A DNA stretch of 64,000 nt from the NCBI RefSeq assembly GCF_009914755.1, contig NC_060930.1; one strand, given 5' to 3'. The notes beneath the pieces are model-generated. The model had not been told where the DNA came from and did not search any database. It worked only from the letters and a program-made list of their open reading frames with translations. The stretch comes from the human T2T-CHM13v2.0 reference genome, Homo sapiens. Below, one piece after another: positions 42,331 through 56,447 of this stretch (position 1 is the stretch's first letter; each line of letters starts with the position of its first letter). The translations under genes and the position numbers were made by a program.

Positions 42331-45300
42331 TCAGAGTCTTTGACACAGGAGTGAATGTTCTGCTACCAGAAGGGGCTTTTCCTAACTTTGCTTTACTTAT
42401 GTGGATCTGGTTAAAGGATTTTGCAGTTTTATCAGTTCAGTAACTAAACTTTGCAAAGAAATAGTATTGTTGATTTAAAAATAATTCCTACAGAGAAGCT
42501 GAAAGTCAAAGAGAATACCAAAATATACTGTAAGTAAGTAACACAAAAAAGGTCAATTAAAACTTCTCTTATTTTTAATCTGACCCTTCTTCATCAGCCA
42601 CATTACAGAGTAAAACAAATAAAATAAAATGTAATCATATGCAACACAAGTATTAACTAAAATTTGTAACTGTCAGCAAGACAATTTTAAATATGGATTT
42701 ATTTCCATTTTTATTAAAGATTGGCTTTGTTCTAAGTATACAGTATACCTTAAGATATTGCCTGACATAATGTTAGCAAGCAATTAAAAAACTAAGCAAC
42801 CATAGCATAAAGATAACCTCTGCAGTTTGGGGGTGTGGGGAGGTTACATTTAAAGTTATGCAACTCATTACTTTAAAAAATTTTCATTAAATGTAATAAT
42901 AATTGTTTAATTAGCCTCAAATTATTAAGAAATAAAATTCTTATACTATTGGGAAAACCCTTTTTCCTGTTACGGTAAAGATGGCTGCAATACACAGGAA
43001 AAACAGGATGGCCACAGATTAAAACACATTTTTGTGTTGACAATTAATGTTGAAAGACACATAGAAAGACATGCTGAAGATTTGAGGAAGCAAATCGTAG
43101 AACACTGATGCTTTGCCATATTGGGATGAAAGTACAGATGCATCCAGCATGCCTCCCTCAGACAGGCCTGTATTATGGAGCTAATGGAGTGAGTGGGAAT
43201 GCCTCATTTGCAGAAAGAGATATCTGGTCTTCAATCTTGCCTCTTACTGAAACTCTTTTTTTAGCCATAATAAAAGCAGGATTTGTTTCTAACTAATGGA
43301 ATGAGCAGATAAATATGAGGACATTATGGCTGGTGCTTACTTCATGTCTTTTGCTCGAAAATGTCAAAGAATGATTTCTTCTGAATTAAAACTCTACCCT
43401 GCACTTTAAATTCCTCTGTGCTTACCTCTGTTTACCCATATCTTCTATTATTATGATTTCTCACTGACCAGCCAAGTGATTCCATGTCAGTCCCTGCTTC
43501 TGAGACAGTAGGGCATTCCCTTTCCTGTGATGACATGCCAACTTCTCAAATTATGTCTCTCTCATTATTTAAAAAACAAAGACTCAAAACTATGTTCTCT
43601 AGAAAACATTTTCAGATTGGCTTTGTCCACTTTTAAAAACTAAAATTATCCCAACTTCCAGCAGTTTCATATAAATTTATTTGACTACATGGTTATTTTT
43701 ATATTCTCTGTTTAGTTTAATTTATTTATGTTTCATGCTCCCTCTAAACTTCCTGGAGGCAGGGCCAAGCATTCCTTTCTCATAACCTGCACCCAGCAGG
43801 CCTTGGCAAATGCTACTGACTGATTTGTTTCTCTGTGGCTAATCCCAAAACCCACAGAGTTTGCACATAATAAATGAATAAACATTGCGGGTAACTTGGC
43901 TACCAAAGAGTTTAATCAAATTCATAAAAGGAATAGATTTTAGGATCAAAGATACAAATTCCAAGAGTTGATGTGCACAGATCAGTATCTTCTAAAAGTA
44001 AGTCTGAATTGTGGAGTAGAAGAAAACATAAAGCTCATTATGTTAGCCTGAGTCCTGTAGAAGACAGATAGAGGCTTGTATGTTCTACTTTATTAAGGCA
44101 TACAATCGCAAGGAGCAGGATTGAGGAAGGCAAAGAGGGAGACACAGCACAGGGGTGCAGGGTACACACTGAGAACCTTGTGAGTCAGGGCCATCTTCAG
44201 TATAAATGACTGCTTCACAGTGCATTCTGTGTAGAGGAAAAAGAGGGAAGAATGTGTCTGTCTGCTAGAGTTTCCTACTGGTCAGGTGCAGTAATTCCCC
44301 TGCACGTTCCAGTTGCTCATGAGTGGGCATGAAACAGGTTCCTGCAGGATCTGGTCCTCTGTATCAACTGAGAATCCCCAGGAAAGAAAGCATGAGATAC
44401 ACAGCCTGGGCATCGGAAACAGGGGACACAGGGCCCCTGGGTTGTGCCCACATAATGTTGGTTATAGCCTATGCAGAGTTGGTCATGGCAGCGACCACTG
44501 GAGCTGGAGTAAGTGCTGAGAGACACTGGAGATAGGTGAGATCAAAAGGATGAATATTGAAAGGGAGCATAAGAAGTGTCATACACACGTGTCAATCATC
44601 ATATCCTTATTTTACATGAAGAAGCCCAAACCCAGAGTGAGAGATATGCGCAATCACGGAGCTTAGTTAGTGGAACTCATGGAGCCAGGGGCTTCCAGCT
44701 CCCTGTTTGGTGCCTTTTCAGTTTTCTATGTTACTTCTGTAAACATAAAACATACAGCATCCATGAGCATCTGTGACCGCTCCTCTCACACCAGTCTCAA
44801 AAATCTCCTACACTTAGTGCCAGTAAAACATTATGTTTAAAGCACTTCCTTGCGTCTTACTTGGTTTCTCTTATCTAATTAGAAAAACAAAATGGATACC
44901 ATGGAGCCAAAGAACAGATTCAAGTCCATGAATGCAGAATGTGAGGCAAAGATACCCAATTAATGATAAATTTCTGGAGGTGTATATTTTCTTCTTGCCT
45001 AATAATCTTCTTACATATAAGTCTAATTAATGCTTGAATGTGATAAAAACCTTTCAGCAAAGAGCTTATAGAAGTCAATGGCCTAACTTCTGCAAACAAG
45101 AATCTTGTCAAAGAACATGGTAGAACACGCTTCTCCCACTTTCAAGGGGTATTGATTTTAGTCCAGGCAGTATACTTAGGTGTTCATTATGTATGCATGT
45201 TTGAATTCATATGCTGACTCAGATCTGACATGACTTTCCTGAGAATAGTTATCAGAATGAAGATGTCGCCACAGAAAAGTTGATGTGCTGTAATTCAAGA

Positions 45301-46054
45301 TGATAACATAATTGTTTCACTTTTGTGGCAAAGAATTACAAGCAATATGATTATGTAACACTATGTTGAAATTCTTCATACCTTTTAAAAGAATGTATTC
45401 TTATAACTAAGAGAAGAAAACAAGATTAAGTTTATGCTTTATTTTAAATCTTACTATTTTGAATATCTAATTTGTAACACAAGTTTACTCTCAAAATTCT
45501 AAAGTCTGTTTCTTTAATAGAACGAAGTGCCGGTGGTAATGGTTATGTCAGTCTTTATGAATACAAGCTCTATTATAACAGGTATTTAGCTTCCAGCAGC
45601 ACTATTTTTCTTGAGACTCATGCATTTTTCATTGTCTAGTCATTCTGAGTTTAAAGTGGATAGGATGTCCTTTTAAATGCATAAACAAAGAAGATGAAAA
45701 TGTGTATCATAGTCTCCTCTCCATTTCTGCCACTAAAATTATAGGAACTATGTTTCTTATGTTAGAATGCATCTGGTGTGTTATTCCATATACTACATGA
45801 ATAACCTACAGCTCGCTGTACAAAATTCCAACCGGCACCATATTTAGCATCATTTTTGCAAGATAGCACCTTACCAGGCTTGTTCTGAAAAGCACCAGAA
45901 AATAGCTTATTAATCTCAATGTCTAACTGGCAGATGGAATACAGTAAAAAACAACATGATTTTTGTCTTTCAGAGCTAGTAGTTTTTCAAGGTAAGATAA
46001 GCAACCATCTTCCAAATCTAAGACTTTGCCATTTTCATTTACAGATATTTGTTT

Positions 46055-46420
46055 ACTCATAAATTTGTTCACTCTTTCATCCTGTGTTTATTGAGCATCT
46101 GTTTTCTTTCTGTCCAGCAGTCCTCAAGGCACTAGAAACAGAAAAGAATAAAATACATTCCCTTCTTTTCAGGAGCTTATGAGCTACACAATATGGTGAG
46201 TGCCAATAGTGATAGGGAAATGCAGGTGAGGACACTTGCCTCACCCTTGGGAGCAGGGAGTGGCTAAACAGAGGGTCTCTGAAGAAGACATTGTCATAAG
46301 GCCATGAGGAGTTAGGTGAAAGGACCACAGATCTACCATAGCAGTTATCTAAGGAAAAAATATTTAGAAGGGATAGTGCAACAGTAAATGAACTAAAGAG
46401 ATCCTAAGGCAGAGAGAGCA
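46055..46420 (-). mobile_element. L2 3' fragment
   Basis: tgtttattgagcatctg...gtcctcaaggcactaga...cccttcttttcaggagcttat. Confidence 0.6.
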
Positions 46421-47054
46421 GGGAGAACATTTTTGTACAACACATCGCCAAATGGATTTGTCCTGTGCTAATAGAGAACGAAAGAGAATTTGATCAGGGC
46501 AAGATGGCAGGGCAGGGGGTATAGTTAGCAGAGTGTCAACATTTAGGCATTTAGGTTTATTTCTATTTTTATTTACTGATTTATTTGGTGACTCCAGGAA
46601 CTAGCTCAGATGTGCAGGCTGCAATAGCTACAATATCTAGCTCCCTGCAGTAGGAAAAAGACTCATGAACTAATCTGATAAAAGGTTCCTTTCATTCCTT
46701 CCGGTTTTACATGTCGTGCTCATTAGCATGACGAATAAAACCATAATTTGTATTCTCCATCAAATCACACCAGCAGCAGCTGAATGACATGGCCATTAAT
46801 TAAAAGCAGAAATTGAATACAGCAGACTTGATGTTTTGTTTGACTGAAGAAACAAGAATAGATTTGTATTGACCTCTTGTTGAAAGGCACACATTACAGA
46901 TATCTTGATGGAAGAGTTTTCATCAGAGGGTCAGTCCCAAACTTGTTTTTGTCTTTAACTCCTCTAGAGTATTTCTGGAAACCAACCACTTAGGTTTCTA
47001 GCTGTAAGTTCTTGCACTCAATCAGGACACACAGTATATTTTTGCCACCAAAAT

Positions 47055-47320
47055 AGTAGTATAGCATAATAATTAAAAAGTTGAGATTTGGAACCACATA
47101 ACCTAGTTTGCATCCAAACTCTTCCCCTTGTTAGCTCTGTGACCTTGGGCTGCTTGCGTAACTTCTCTAAGCATCAGTTAACTTATCTATAAAATCGAAC
47201 AGTAATAATAGCTGCCTTATAAGGTTTTTATGAGGATTAACTAAGATAGTATGTGTAAGTCTAAGCTCATGGCTTGGCACATAGTAAGAACTTACTAAAT
47301 ATGAATTATTATTGTTGTTT
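47055..47320 (+). mobile_element. MIR SINE, near full length
   Basis: agctctgtgaccttgggc...aacttctctaagcatcagtt...gaggattaactaagata...ggcacatagtaag. Confidence 0.8.
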
Positions 47321-48577
47321 TAGCTTAATCGGCTCCATTTTGTACTAAGTTATTTGAGGACCTAGCTCCCAAATCTTAGTTTTGTAGCTCCCCAGTGACA
47401 AGGACTGTGTCTTGTTCATCTTTGCATGCATAGTGTGTGACATATAGAATGCTATTTTATACTATATTGGCGCATATACATAAGAAAGACTAAAATTGTA
47501 TTCTCTTATATAACTAATCTGTCATTTATTTGTGGTGTGATTTTGTTCAGGAAAGGCATAGCATATTGCCAAAGTTTTTGAACACTATAGTTGTAATTTA
47601 TAGAACTGCAGGAATCCATGTCATAGCAATAATTTTCACCCTTCTTGTCCCAAAGAGATGCACTCCATACACAGCATTCTCCAGGAGACATACTCAGCAT
47701 CAAGAACAACTCTTATATATTAGTTGTAACTCTATTCATATTTCTTCCATTCAGGAATGTAAGTTATTATGCAAATAATCAAGAATGACCCAGTGATAGG
47801 ATAAGCTAAATTAATTTTTAAATCATTTTAAACATTATTATTTTAACTATCATTGATATTATGTTACATGGTGACTATATCAAATTCCTTCCATGAATTT
47901 TTTGAATTCTTCAAAATTCTGCAAAGTCAACATCTCTAATTTCTCACCATTTCCTTTTCACTTAGTCACTACTAGCTATCCCCTCCACGAAACTCTCTGT
48001 TCTCTTGGTTTTCATGACACCAATACGGCTGTTATTCTCCACTCAACCAAAACTCTTAAAGGATGGCAGTGACTACAAATTATGTCTTGTCAGTCCTCAT
48101 TCTCTCTACCCTCTAAGCAACATTCAGTATTACAACTATTCAATCCATGAATGTCTCTTTCCTTTTGGTTTCCTTAACACCAAAAAACTCTCTTGCTCTT
48201 CCTCTTAGCCTTCTAACCACTTCCGACTCCAGTGATGTGCTTCTTCTCCCTCACCCACCTCCAACCTTGGGATTCTGCAGATATTTCCCAAGGCTCTCTT
48301 ACTTTCTCTCCTACTCTCCCTTTCTTAGGGATATTATCCATTTCCAGTATTTTCACCATCACTTTTATGAGTATAACCTCTGCATATTTATCTCCTGGTT
48401 GACCTCCCTATCCCACTCTGATCCCATGCTACTAATGCTGCTGGATCATTTGGAAGTTCATCTGGCAACTCAAGTTCAATATACCTAAAATATGTATTGT
48501 TTCTCCACTAAAACCAGCTCCTTATCATTATTTTTGTCAGTAGATATTATACTTATCTTAGGCAGTCTTAAAAACCT

Positions 48578-49005
<428 letters not shown>

Positions 49006-49424
49006 TGAATCCCTCTATTTTCTACTTCCTCTGAATGGTACTGCCTGGCTGTAGACACAGTGAAGAACATGGTACAGGCATCACAGTCCAGCTGAGGCGA
49101 GAGGTATAAAGGCATTAGTTTCAATACAATGAGATAGAAGTAACAAAGAGATGCATTCCAGGGAAGAGAAGACGGAACACTTCTCAAAGGGAGTGACATA
49201 GAAGCCAAATCTTGAAAGATACATAAGAATCAGACTGGCAAAGGCGCAATGAACTTTTTGGAAATAATAACTTATACAAGGGAATGCAGACACAGAAGAC
49301 CATATCTCACTGCTGAAGTGCAAGTAGCTCTGTAAGGCTGAAAGTGCTTCATGGAGGAGTAATAAGGGAAACAGAGGGTCAGGTTCCAGAGGTAGTGGGA
49401 ATGGAGGGAGAGCGTTTAGGACAT

Positions 49425-49901
49425 GATTTCAGTTATTTGTTGGTCATGTAACAAACCATTGTACATCTACATGCCCTAAAACAGCCTCATGTATTATTTC
49501 TTACAGTTCTTCAATTAGGCAGCAATCTTTCGGGGTGGTTCATCTCTGCTCCATGGTGGCATATGTTGGCATGGTTTGACTGGGGCAGGAGAATCCAGAA
49601 GCCTCACTCACTTGTCAGGACAATGATGCCTGGCTGGATTTCTCTTTTTTCCACATGGTCTGTCAAACCTGAAGTACATGGAAGCTATCTTTTATGAGGG
49701 CAGAAAATGGAAGCTGTAGAGCTTTGTAAGGCTTAGGCCCAGAAGTCACATGACATCCCCTCCCCCACTTCTGTTGGTCAGAGCAAGTCACAAGACCAGC
49801 CCAGCTTCCAGAAAAGGAGAAAGAGACCCCTGCCTCCCTTTGGCAGAGCAGCAGGAATGTAAAGGCTATGTCAGCAGGCATCTTTGCAGATGTTCTACCA
49901 C
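49425..49901 (-). mobile_element. Old MLT1-family MaLR LTR
   Basis: gtaacaaacca...ttggtcagagcaagtcacaagaccagcccag...catctttgca...ctaccaca. Confidence 0.65.
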
Positions 49902-50303
49902 AGACCTTGTAGATCTCTGCATTCTGTGGGGAACTATTGTAAGATTTTAAGCAGCATACTGACATTTTAAACATGGATGTTTAAAAGTATGTCTTTGGCT
50001 TCTTTATAGAGATTGAATTCAGAGGTCAGGAGCCAGTACCTGGAAATAGGTTAACCTCAGAAAATTCTTCTCTGCATGCCCACATGCCTTACCACAACTT
50101 TTCCTCCTCATGGAAGCAGATGGAATGAACAAAATATAGCTGATGTTTTTTCTTTTTTAAAGCAAAATACAACCAAAGTACTGCCCAGGACTCTGTGCTC
50201 GTTCCAGAAAAATGGACTCACATCTGTTATGGGGGAGTAAATATGTAACACCGCAAATCCTTTGCCTAAAGCTTTTTGTTTAGAAATCATACTGCATTAC
50301 AAA

Positions 50304-50510
50304 CTAGAGTGATATAGTTAACAATAATATATTGTATATTCCAAAAGCGCTAGAAGATTTTGAATGTGCTCACCACAAAGAAATGATAAATTTTTGATCT
50401 GACAATTGTTCTGCTTTGATTATTATACAATGTGAACATGTATCGAAACATGAGACCGTACTGCATAAATATGTACCATTATTATGTGTCAATTAAAAAT
50501 AAAATAAAAC
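50304..50510 (+). mobile_element. L1MA-type 3' end fragment
   Basis: atagttaacaataatatattgtatatt...ctcaccacaaagaaatgataaat...ttatgtgtcaattaaaaataaaataaa. Confidence 0.8.
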
Positions 50511-51199
50511 TTTCAATGAAAGAAATACTACTGCTTGCTTCTATTATATTACTGTTTCTATAAATAAACCAGACAAGTCAGATGTGACTTTCAGGGAGGG
50601 CAGAAATCTACTTTGTATTTGCAGGGGCTTTTTCTGTGTAAAAGCATGTGGGTGTATGTGACCATAAAGCTTGCGAGGGCATTTTATTTGTATGCAAAAT
50701 TAACGCCTTGACCCTTGCCTGTAGTCCCTGCTACAGAGGTCTATAGGGGCAGCGCCTATGAAAAAAGCCACAAAAAATAAGTTGGCATAATTTGAAAGGT
50801 TGTATTACACCACCACAGTACTGAATCTCTTTCACGAATAGCAGTTTTAGTGTGTAGGCAATTGTAACTTGAGCAGAAGATGGCAGACACCTAATGCTCA
50901 TCAAAGCTTCCTAGAGCAAACTGAGTTCTAGAGTCTGGGAATGGACAGCAGATGGTCCTTCTGGTTTTCAGGGATTTGTGTAGCCCCTTCACCTAGGGGT
51001 TTCTGGATCTGGGATTTCAATCTATAAAGAAAAGAGTCTCCCTTTATTGGTACGAGAACCTGAGGATGAGGTGGGAATATGGTCCCTCCTAGTCAGTGTT
51101 CAGGTACTTTCTCACCATCACTAAATATTTCATTAATGCTATGGTGAGCATGAAGATGATGTTCTTTCCCCACCCCCTTCCCACTACCATTGGCACCCA

Positions 51200-51447
51200 G
51201 AGGTCAGTAGCTAGAAGCCAGGCTCTTTCGGAGAGATTTGGTCTCAAATTCCAGTTTTGCCACTTCCTAGTTACATGACTGTGAGCAAACTCCTTAACCA
51301 CTCTAAGTTTTGGTTTCCTCCTCTGTAAAATCTCAGTAATCATTGCACCTTCCTCGAGGGATTGCTTTGATGGACTAAAGGGAATAATATTTAATTGCAC
51401 TTAATCCAGTGCATGCTACCAGTGCTCAAAAAGTTTTAATTGCTATT
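51200..51447 (+). mobile_element. MIR SINE immediately upstream of the exon's branch point
   Basis: tcaaattccagttttgccacttcctagttacatgactgtgagcaa...tttcctcctctgtaaaat...agtgctcaaaaagtttt. Confidence 0.8.
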
Positions 51448-51465
51448 GTTTTAATGGGCTTCCTG

Positions 51466-51502
51466 CTGACCTTTGCTGTGTTTTTTTTCCTTTATTTCTC
51501 AG
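51466..51502 (+). promoter_or_regulatory. Branch point, polypyrimidine tract and 3' splice site of the SLC35F1 exon
   Basis: CTGAC (yUnAy; branch A at 51469, 34 nt upstream of the exon) followed by a T/C-rich tract with no intervening AG until 51501. Confidence 0.7.
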
Positions 51503-51678
51503 GGAGATGTTAATCTCTGTGGCCCTAGGCCAGGTGTTATCCCTCCTTATTTGTGGAATTGGCTTGACTAGCAAGTATCTGTCAGAAGATTTCCACGCCA
51601 ACACACCAGTCTTCCAGAGTTTCCTCAATTACATTCTTCTCTTCTTGGTCTATACCACCACACTAGCCGTCAGACAAG
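51503..51678 (+). CDS. SLC35F1: Internal coding exon (exon 2) of solute carrier family 35 member F1; 176 nt, phase-2 acceptor, phase-1 donor
   Basis: Polypyrimidine tract and acceptor ttttttttcctttatttctcAG (AG at 51501-51502); donor CAAG|GTAAGC (GT at 51679-51680). Translation (R)EMLISVALGQVLSLLICGIGLTSKYLSEDFHANTPVFQSFLNYILLFLVYTTTLAVRQ(G) has two hydrophobic helices and matches my recollection of the human SLC35F1 N-terminal TM region. The ORF-track entry 51507..51707 reads through the donor. Confidence 0.95.
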
Positions 51679-52338
51679 GTAAGCTCACAAAAACACCAGG
51701 AATATAACTTTTACAAACACCTAAAAAAAAGATGAGCCATGACCAGATAACGTTTTGTCACTTAAGCATCAGTTAAGATCATTGAAAACCCCAGATCTTA
51801 CTTTTCTATTTTGCAGTAATACAGTAAACAAAATGAGTGAATAAATCACAAAGAAAATTAATCATATGAATTCAGCAAGAAGTGGGAACTGCATGTATAG
51901 GCAAAACTGTACAATTGCTCACTTTTTGAATCCCCGTTAACATTACTTCTACCCTCTCAGTGGAATTAAATGAGTTTTTCCCTGGAACTTGGAACAGGCC
52001 TGATGCAGATATTCTAAATAATGCTTGCTCTGAGAAATCCAAGGGAATTGCAGACAAATATATGTTCTGTGGGAAAGTGACACAAGAAAGATACAAATTG
52101 TAAACACAGACAACTCTATTAATAACATCACAGAAAAAGAAAAAAATAAAACTACCACAAATGGTCAGATGAGATGTGAAATTATTTTAAACTTGAAATA
52201 ATTAAAGAAATAAAACAAGTCCTCCAAGAGCCAATGCAAGAAAACCTTTTTTTAAGGGGCAGTTGCAGTTGAAAAACCTCAGGGTGCATCCCTGGAGGGG
52301 ATGATTCAGAGTCATGTGATATGCCACTGAATCCAGTG

Positions 52339-52731
52339 TGCTGTGGTTTGAATGTCCCCTCCAAAACTCATGTTGAAATGTAATTGCCACTGTGACAATA
52401 TTAAGAGGTGGGAGTATTAAGTAAGATGTTACTAGGCCGTGAGGGCTTCACCGTCCTGAATAGATTAATGCCATTATCATGGGATTAATGCCATCAGCTA
52501 AATGTGGGTTTGGTCCCCCTCTTGCCCTCTCCTGCTCTCTCATGTGTGCTCTTGTGCCTGTCTGCCATGTGAGGATGCCGCGAAAAGGCCCTCACCAGAT
52601 GTGAGCCCTTTAACCTTGGACTTCCCAGCCTCCAGAACCATAAGAAATAAATCTCTGTTCTTTATAAATTGTGCAGTCTCAGGTATTATGGAATATGTTA
52701 TTCATTATAGCAGCACAAAATGGTTAGCACA
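52339..52731 (+). mobile_element. MST-family (MSTD/MSTB-like) MaLR solo LTR
   Basis: tgctgtggtttgaatgtcccctccaaaactcatgttgaaa...ttggacttcccagcctccagaaccataagaaataaat...gcagcacaaaatgg. Confidence 0.85.
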
Positions 52732-53286
52732 AGGTGTAAGCACTTTTATCTATGGCTCAGAAATAGCCATCAATTTTCCCCAAAATAGTAGCTGTCAGCT
52801 GTAAAATGTGCATTGAAAAAAATCATTAATACATTTGGAGACCATTATATACATTAATAATAGATAAGGACACATGTATAGCTGTGTACATCAATTTCAA
52901 TAGTCACACTTTTAGGAAACATGTATAAGACTATCAGTATTTAATTTTTACATTTATTTATTTGGATTACTGTCTAGAATAATAATGCTTAATTATAATG
53001 ATTTGACCAATACTGGACTTCATCTCATAGGAGGAATAAATATGAACAAGTTGAGACTGAATTCCAGTTTAATTTTAATTTGTTTAAAGTATTGTAGAAG
53101 CTAATTTTATTTACTTCTCAAAAATTGGTGCTATCAATGCTTGTTTTTTAAAGTTTAACATCAATAGTCATTATTATTTTAAGAATAAAATAGGCCACCA
53201 AAGTTATTGACGTTGAATCTCAGCTATGTTTCCTGAGTGCGATTTGGAAGCTAATAGTTTTGAATGATGTAAATGTGTTATCTAAG

Positions 53287-53862
53287 TGTCAAAAAAAAAA
53301 AGCATGAAACTGCGTAAAATATTTGAAGAAATTTATTCTGAGCCAAATATGAGTGACCGTGGCCCCTAACACAGCCCTCAGGAGGGCCTGAGAACATGTG
53401 CCCAAGGTGGTCGGGGTGCAGCTTGGTTTTATATTTAATACATTTTAGGGAGACATGAGACTTCAATCATTTAAGAAATACATTGGTTTGCAAATACCGC
53501 ATGTTCTCACTCATAGGTGGGAATTGAACAATGAGATCACTTGGACACAGGGTGGGGAACATCACACACCAGGGCCTGTTGGGGGTTGAGGGGCTGGGGG
53601 AGGGATAGCATTAGGGAAAATATCTAATGTAAATGACGAGTTGATGGCAAACCAACATGGCACATGTATACCTATGTATCAAACCTGCACGTTGTGCACA
53701 TGTACCCTAGAACTGAAAGTATAATAAAAAATAAAATAAAATAAAATAAAATAAAATAAAATAAAATAAAATAAAATAAGAAATACATTGGTTTGGTCCA
53801 GTAAGGCAGGACAACTTGAAGCGCAGGGCTTCCAGCTTATAGGTGGATTTAAAAATTTTCTG
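53287..53862 (-). mobile_element. MER4-family (ERV1) LTR, partial, split by an L1PA
   Basis: atttattctgagccaaatatgagtgacc...gagaacatgtgcccaaggtggtcggggtgcagcttggtttta...ttccagcttataggtggattt. Confidence 0.8.
53491..53777 (+). mobile_element. 5'-truncated L1PA (PA4-7-like) 3'UTR with an (AAAAT)n tail
   Basis: 18-bp TSD AAGAAATACATTGGTTTG at 53473-53490 and 53778-53795; TT/AAGA target. Confidence 0.95.
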
Positions 53863-54463
53863 AAACTATACTGCAAGATGGTACACTGTATTTAGTCTTT
53901 GAGTTCTTGTACATCTCACTTTTCAGGAATCCAGGGATTTAACAAAAACTTGAATCAGGAAAAAAAAAGTTAAGCCATTCTAAAGGGCAGGGAGAATTAT
54001 TTCAACCATACCAATAATTTATAGGTAGAGGCTAAAAAAGCTTAGAAGATGAAATGTAGTAAAATGCCTAGAGTTAATAATTACAGTACCATCTATTGAG
54101 CCTTTATAATGCACTAGCCACTATGTATGTAAATTATCCTTTTTATTCCATCAATCCAAGGAAATAGGTATGATTATCCAAAATTTTATAAATGAGAATA
54201 CCAAGGCTCTGACAGCCCAGGAAACTGCTTGAGGATATAGGAGAGCAAGGAGTAGAGGCCCATCCAACGCAGGGCTGTGAGGGCAGTGTGGCTTCAGGGC
54301 CCACCCTGCCACTCCTTGTGAGGTGCAGGGAAGGCAGGAGGAGGGAGCGGAGACCTTTTTGAAAAAAAGGAGAGGTTTTTTTCCTTTGAATTTCAAAACC
54401 CTGAATAGGAAACCAGCCCTCAGTGTAAGATGTAGTGAGATACCACTGTGCGGTCAGGAGGAC

Positions 54464-55008
54464 TGTATTAGTCAGGGTTCTCTAGAGCCGCAGGACTAAT
54501 AGGATAGATGTATATATGAAAGGGAGTTTATTAAGGAGTATTGACTCATGATCACAAGGTGAAGTCCCACAATAGGCCGTCTGCAAGCTGAGGAGCAAGG
54601 AAGCCAGTCCGAATCCCAAAACTTCAAAAGTAGGGAAGCCAACAGTGCAGCCTTCAGTCTGTGGCCGAAGTCCCCAAAGCTCCTGGCAAATCACTGGTAT
54701 AAGTCCAAGAATCCAAAAGCTGAAGAACTTGAAGTCCGATGTTTGAGGGCAGGGAGCATCCAGCATGGGAGAAAGATGGAGGCCAGAAAACTCAGCCAGT
54801 CTAGTCCTTCCACGTTACTCTGCCTGCTTTTATCCCAGCTGTGCTGGCAGCTGATTAGATGGTGCCCACCCAGATTGAGGGTGGGTCTGAGTCTCCCAGT
54901 TTACTGACTCAAATGTTAACCTCCTTTGGCAACACCCTCAAAGACACACCCAGGAACAATACTTTCTATCCTTCAATCCAATCAAGTTGACATTCATTAA
55001 CCATCACA
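54464..55008 (-). mobile_element. MLT2A (HERVL) solo LTR, probably MLT2A2
   Basis: tgtattagtcagggttctctagag...ttaaccatcaca with a 5-bp TSD aggac/aggat. Confidence 0.9.
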
Positions 55009-55971
55009 AGGATGTCATAGACAATTTAGGGAGAGGGTTGGAGGTGGACAGGAAGAAAGACCAATGGAAAGAGGCTAAGGACTAGGAGCAGCAAGGAATT
55101 TGGAGGCTCTTTAGAAAGGAAAGGCTGAAGAGGGCTAGGGAAATTCTGACTACCGATACCAGTCTGTGATGGAGAGAATCAATTTCTAAAATACCCTCTG
55201 GAGATTTTTACCATTGCCTCAGATCCTCACTAAGTTTGCTGGCATGTCTTCATTTGGGTGTTTCCTCAGAATGATTATTTGTTTTAAGCTTCATCTTTAG
55301 AAGTTTTAATAGGCTGGCATTAAGCTAACATCTGGAAATGAACATAATAATTACATTAATTTTCTATAGGCTGATTCAGTACTATGTTCTGGAGACATAC
55401 TAATCTTTCTAGTCAGGCACCTGAAAATTTGGGAAAGAATGAACAACAAAGAGGGAAGGATGGAAAGTGTGGTGTGTGCAAGGGAGAGTCTCATAGTCAC
55501 AAGTTCTCCTTTCTCACCGCTCCGAGAGCTGCAAGTTAGGTCTGAGCCACGTGTTGCCACTCTGGGCCACCTATCAGCATGAAGTTAGACTCAGAAATAC
55601 ATTTTTAAACAAATCTTTCCTTATAGTTTTAATCATGTATCTTCTAAAATTTAATGATTGTCACATTTAAAACAATGTGCTAAATGCAAGAAACCTTTCA
55701 AGAGCATTAAGGGTGAGGTTATTATGAAAGCCTTGCTTAAATTTGACTTCAAAGTCAAACTGAATTCTCCCTATCAAAATTTCACTGGAGTCACGATCAA
55801 AGACTCTGAAGCAGCAGGCTCCACTGTAAGTTCCAAAATGAATTGGAGTTGAGTTTGCCCTTGATTATTAATTGATTCTTACAAAAATTTGGGTACTATC
55901 TTCCTTACAAAATATCATATCCAGTTGAGCAAATTTTAAGTCTAGCCCTCTTTATAGTTGGAACACCTCTA

Positions 55972-56447
<476 letters not shown>

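Noticed and set aside
41700-43000. Possible old hAT/Charlie DNA-transposon remnant around the L1MB fragment
   Set aside because: The resemblance is too weak to name or bound without a Dfam search.
44040-44580. Possible old LTR, plus the three overlapping short ORFs at 44313-44535
   Set aside because: Termini and TSD are not identifiable, and the ORFs have no protein-like features.
51679-51707. C-terminal KLTKTPGI of ORF 51507..51707
   Set aside because: It is read-through past a strong AG|GTAAGC donor and is intronic.
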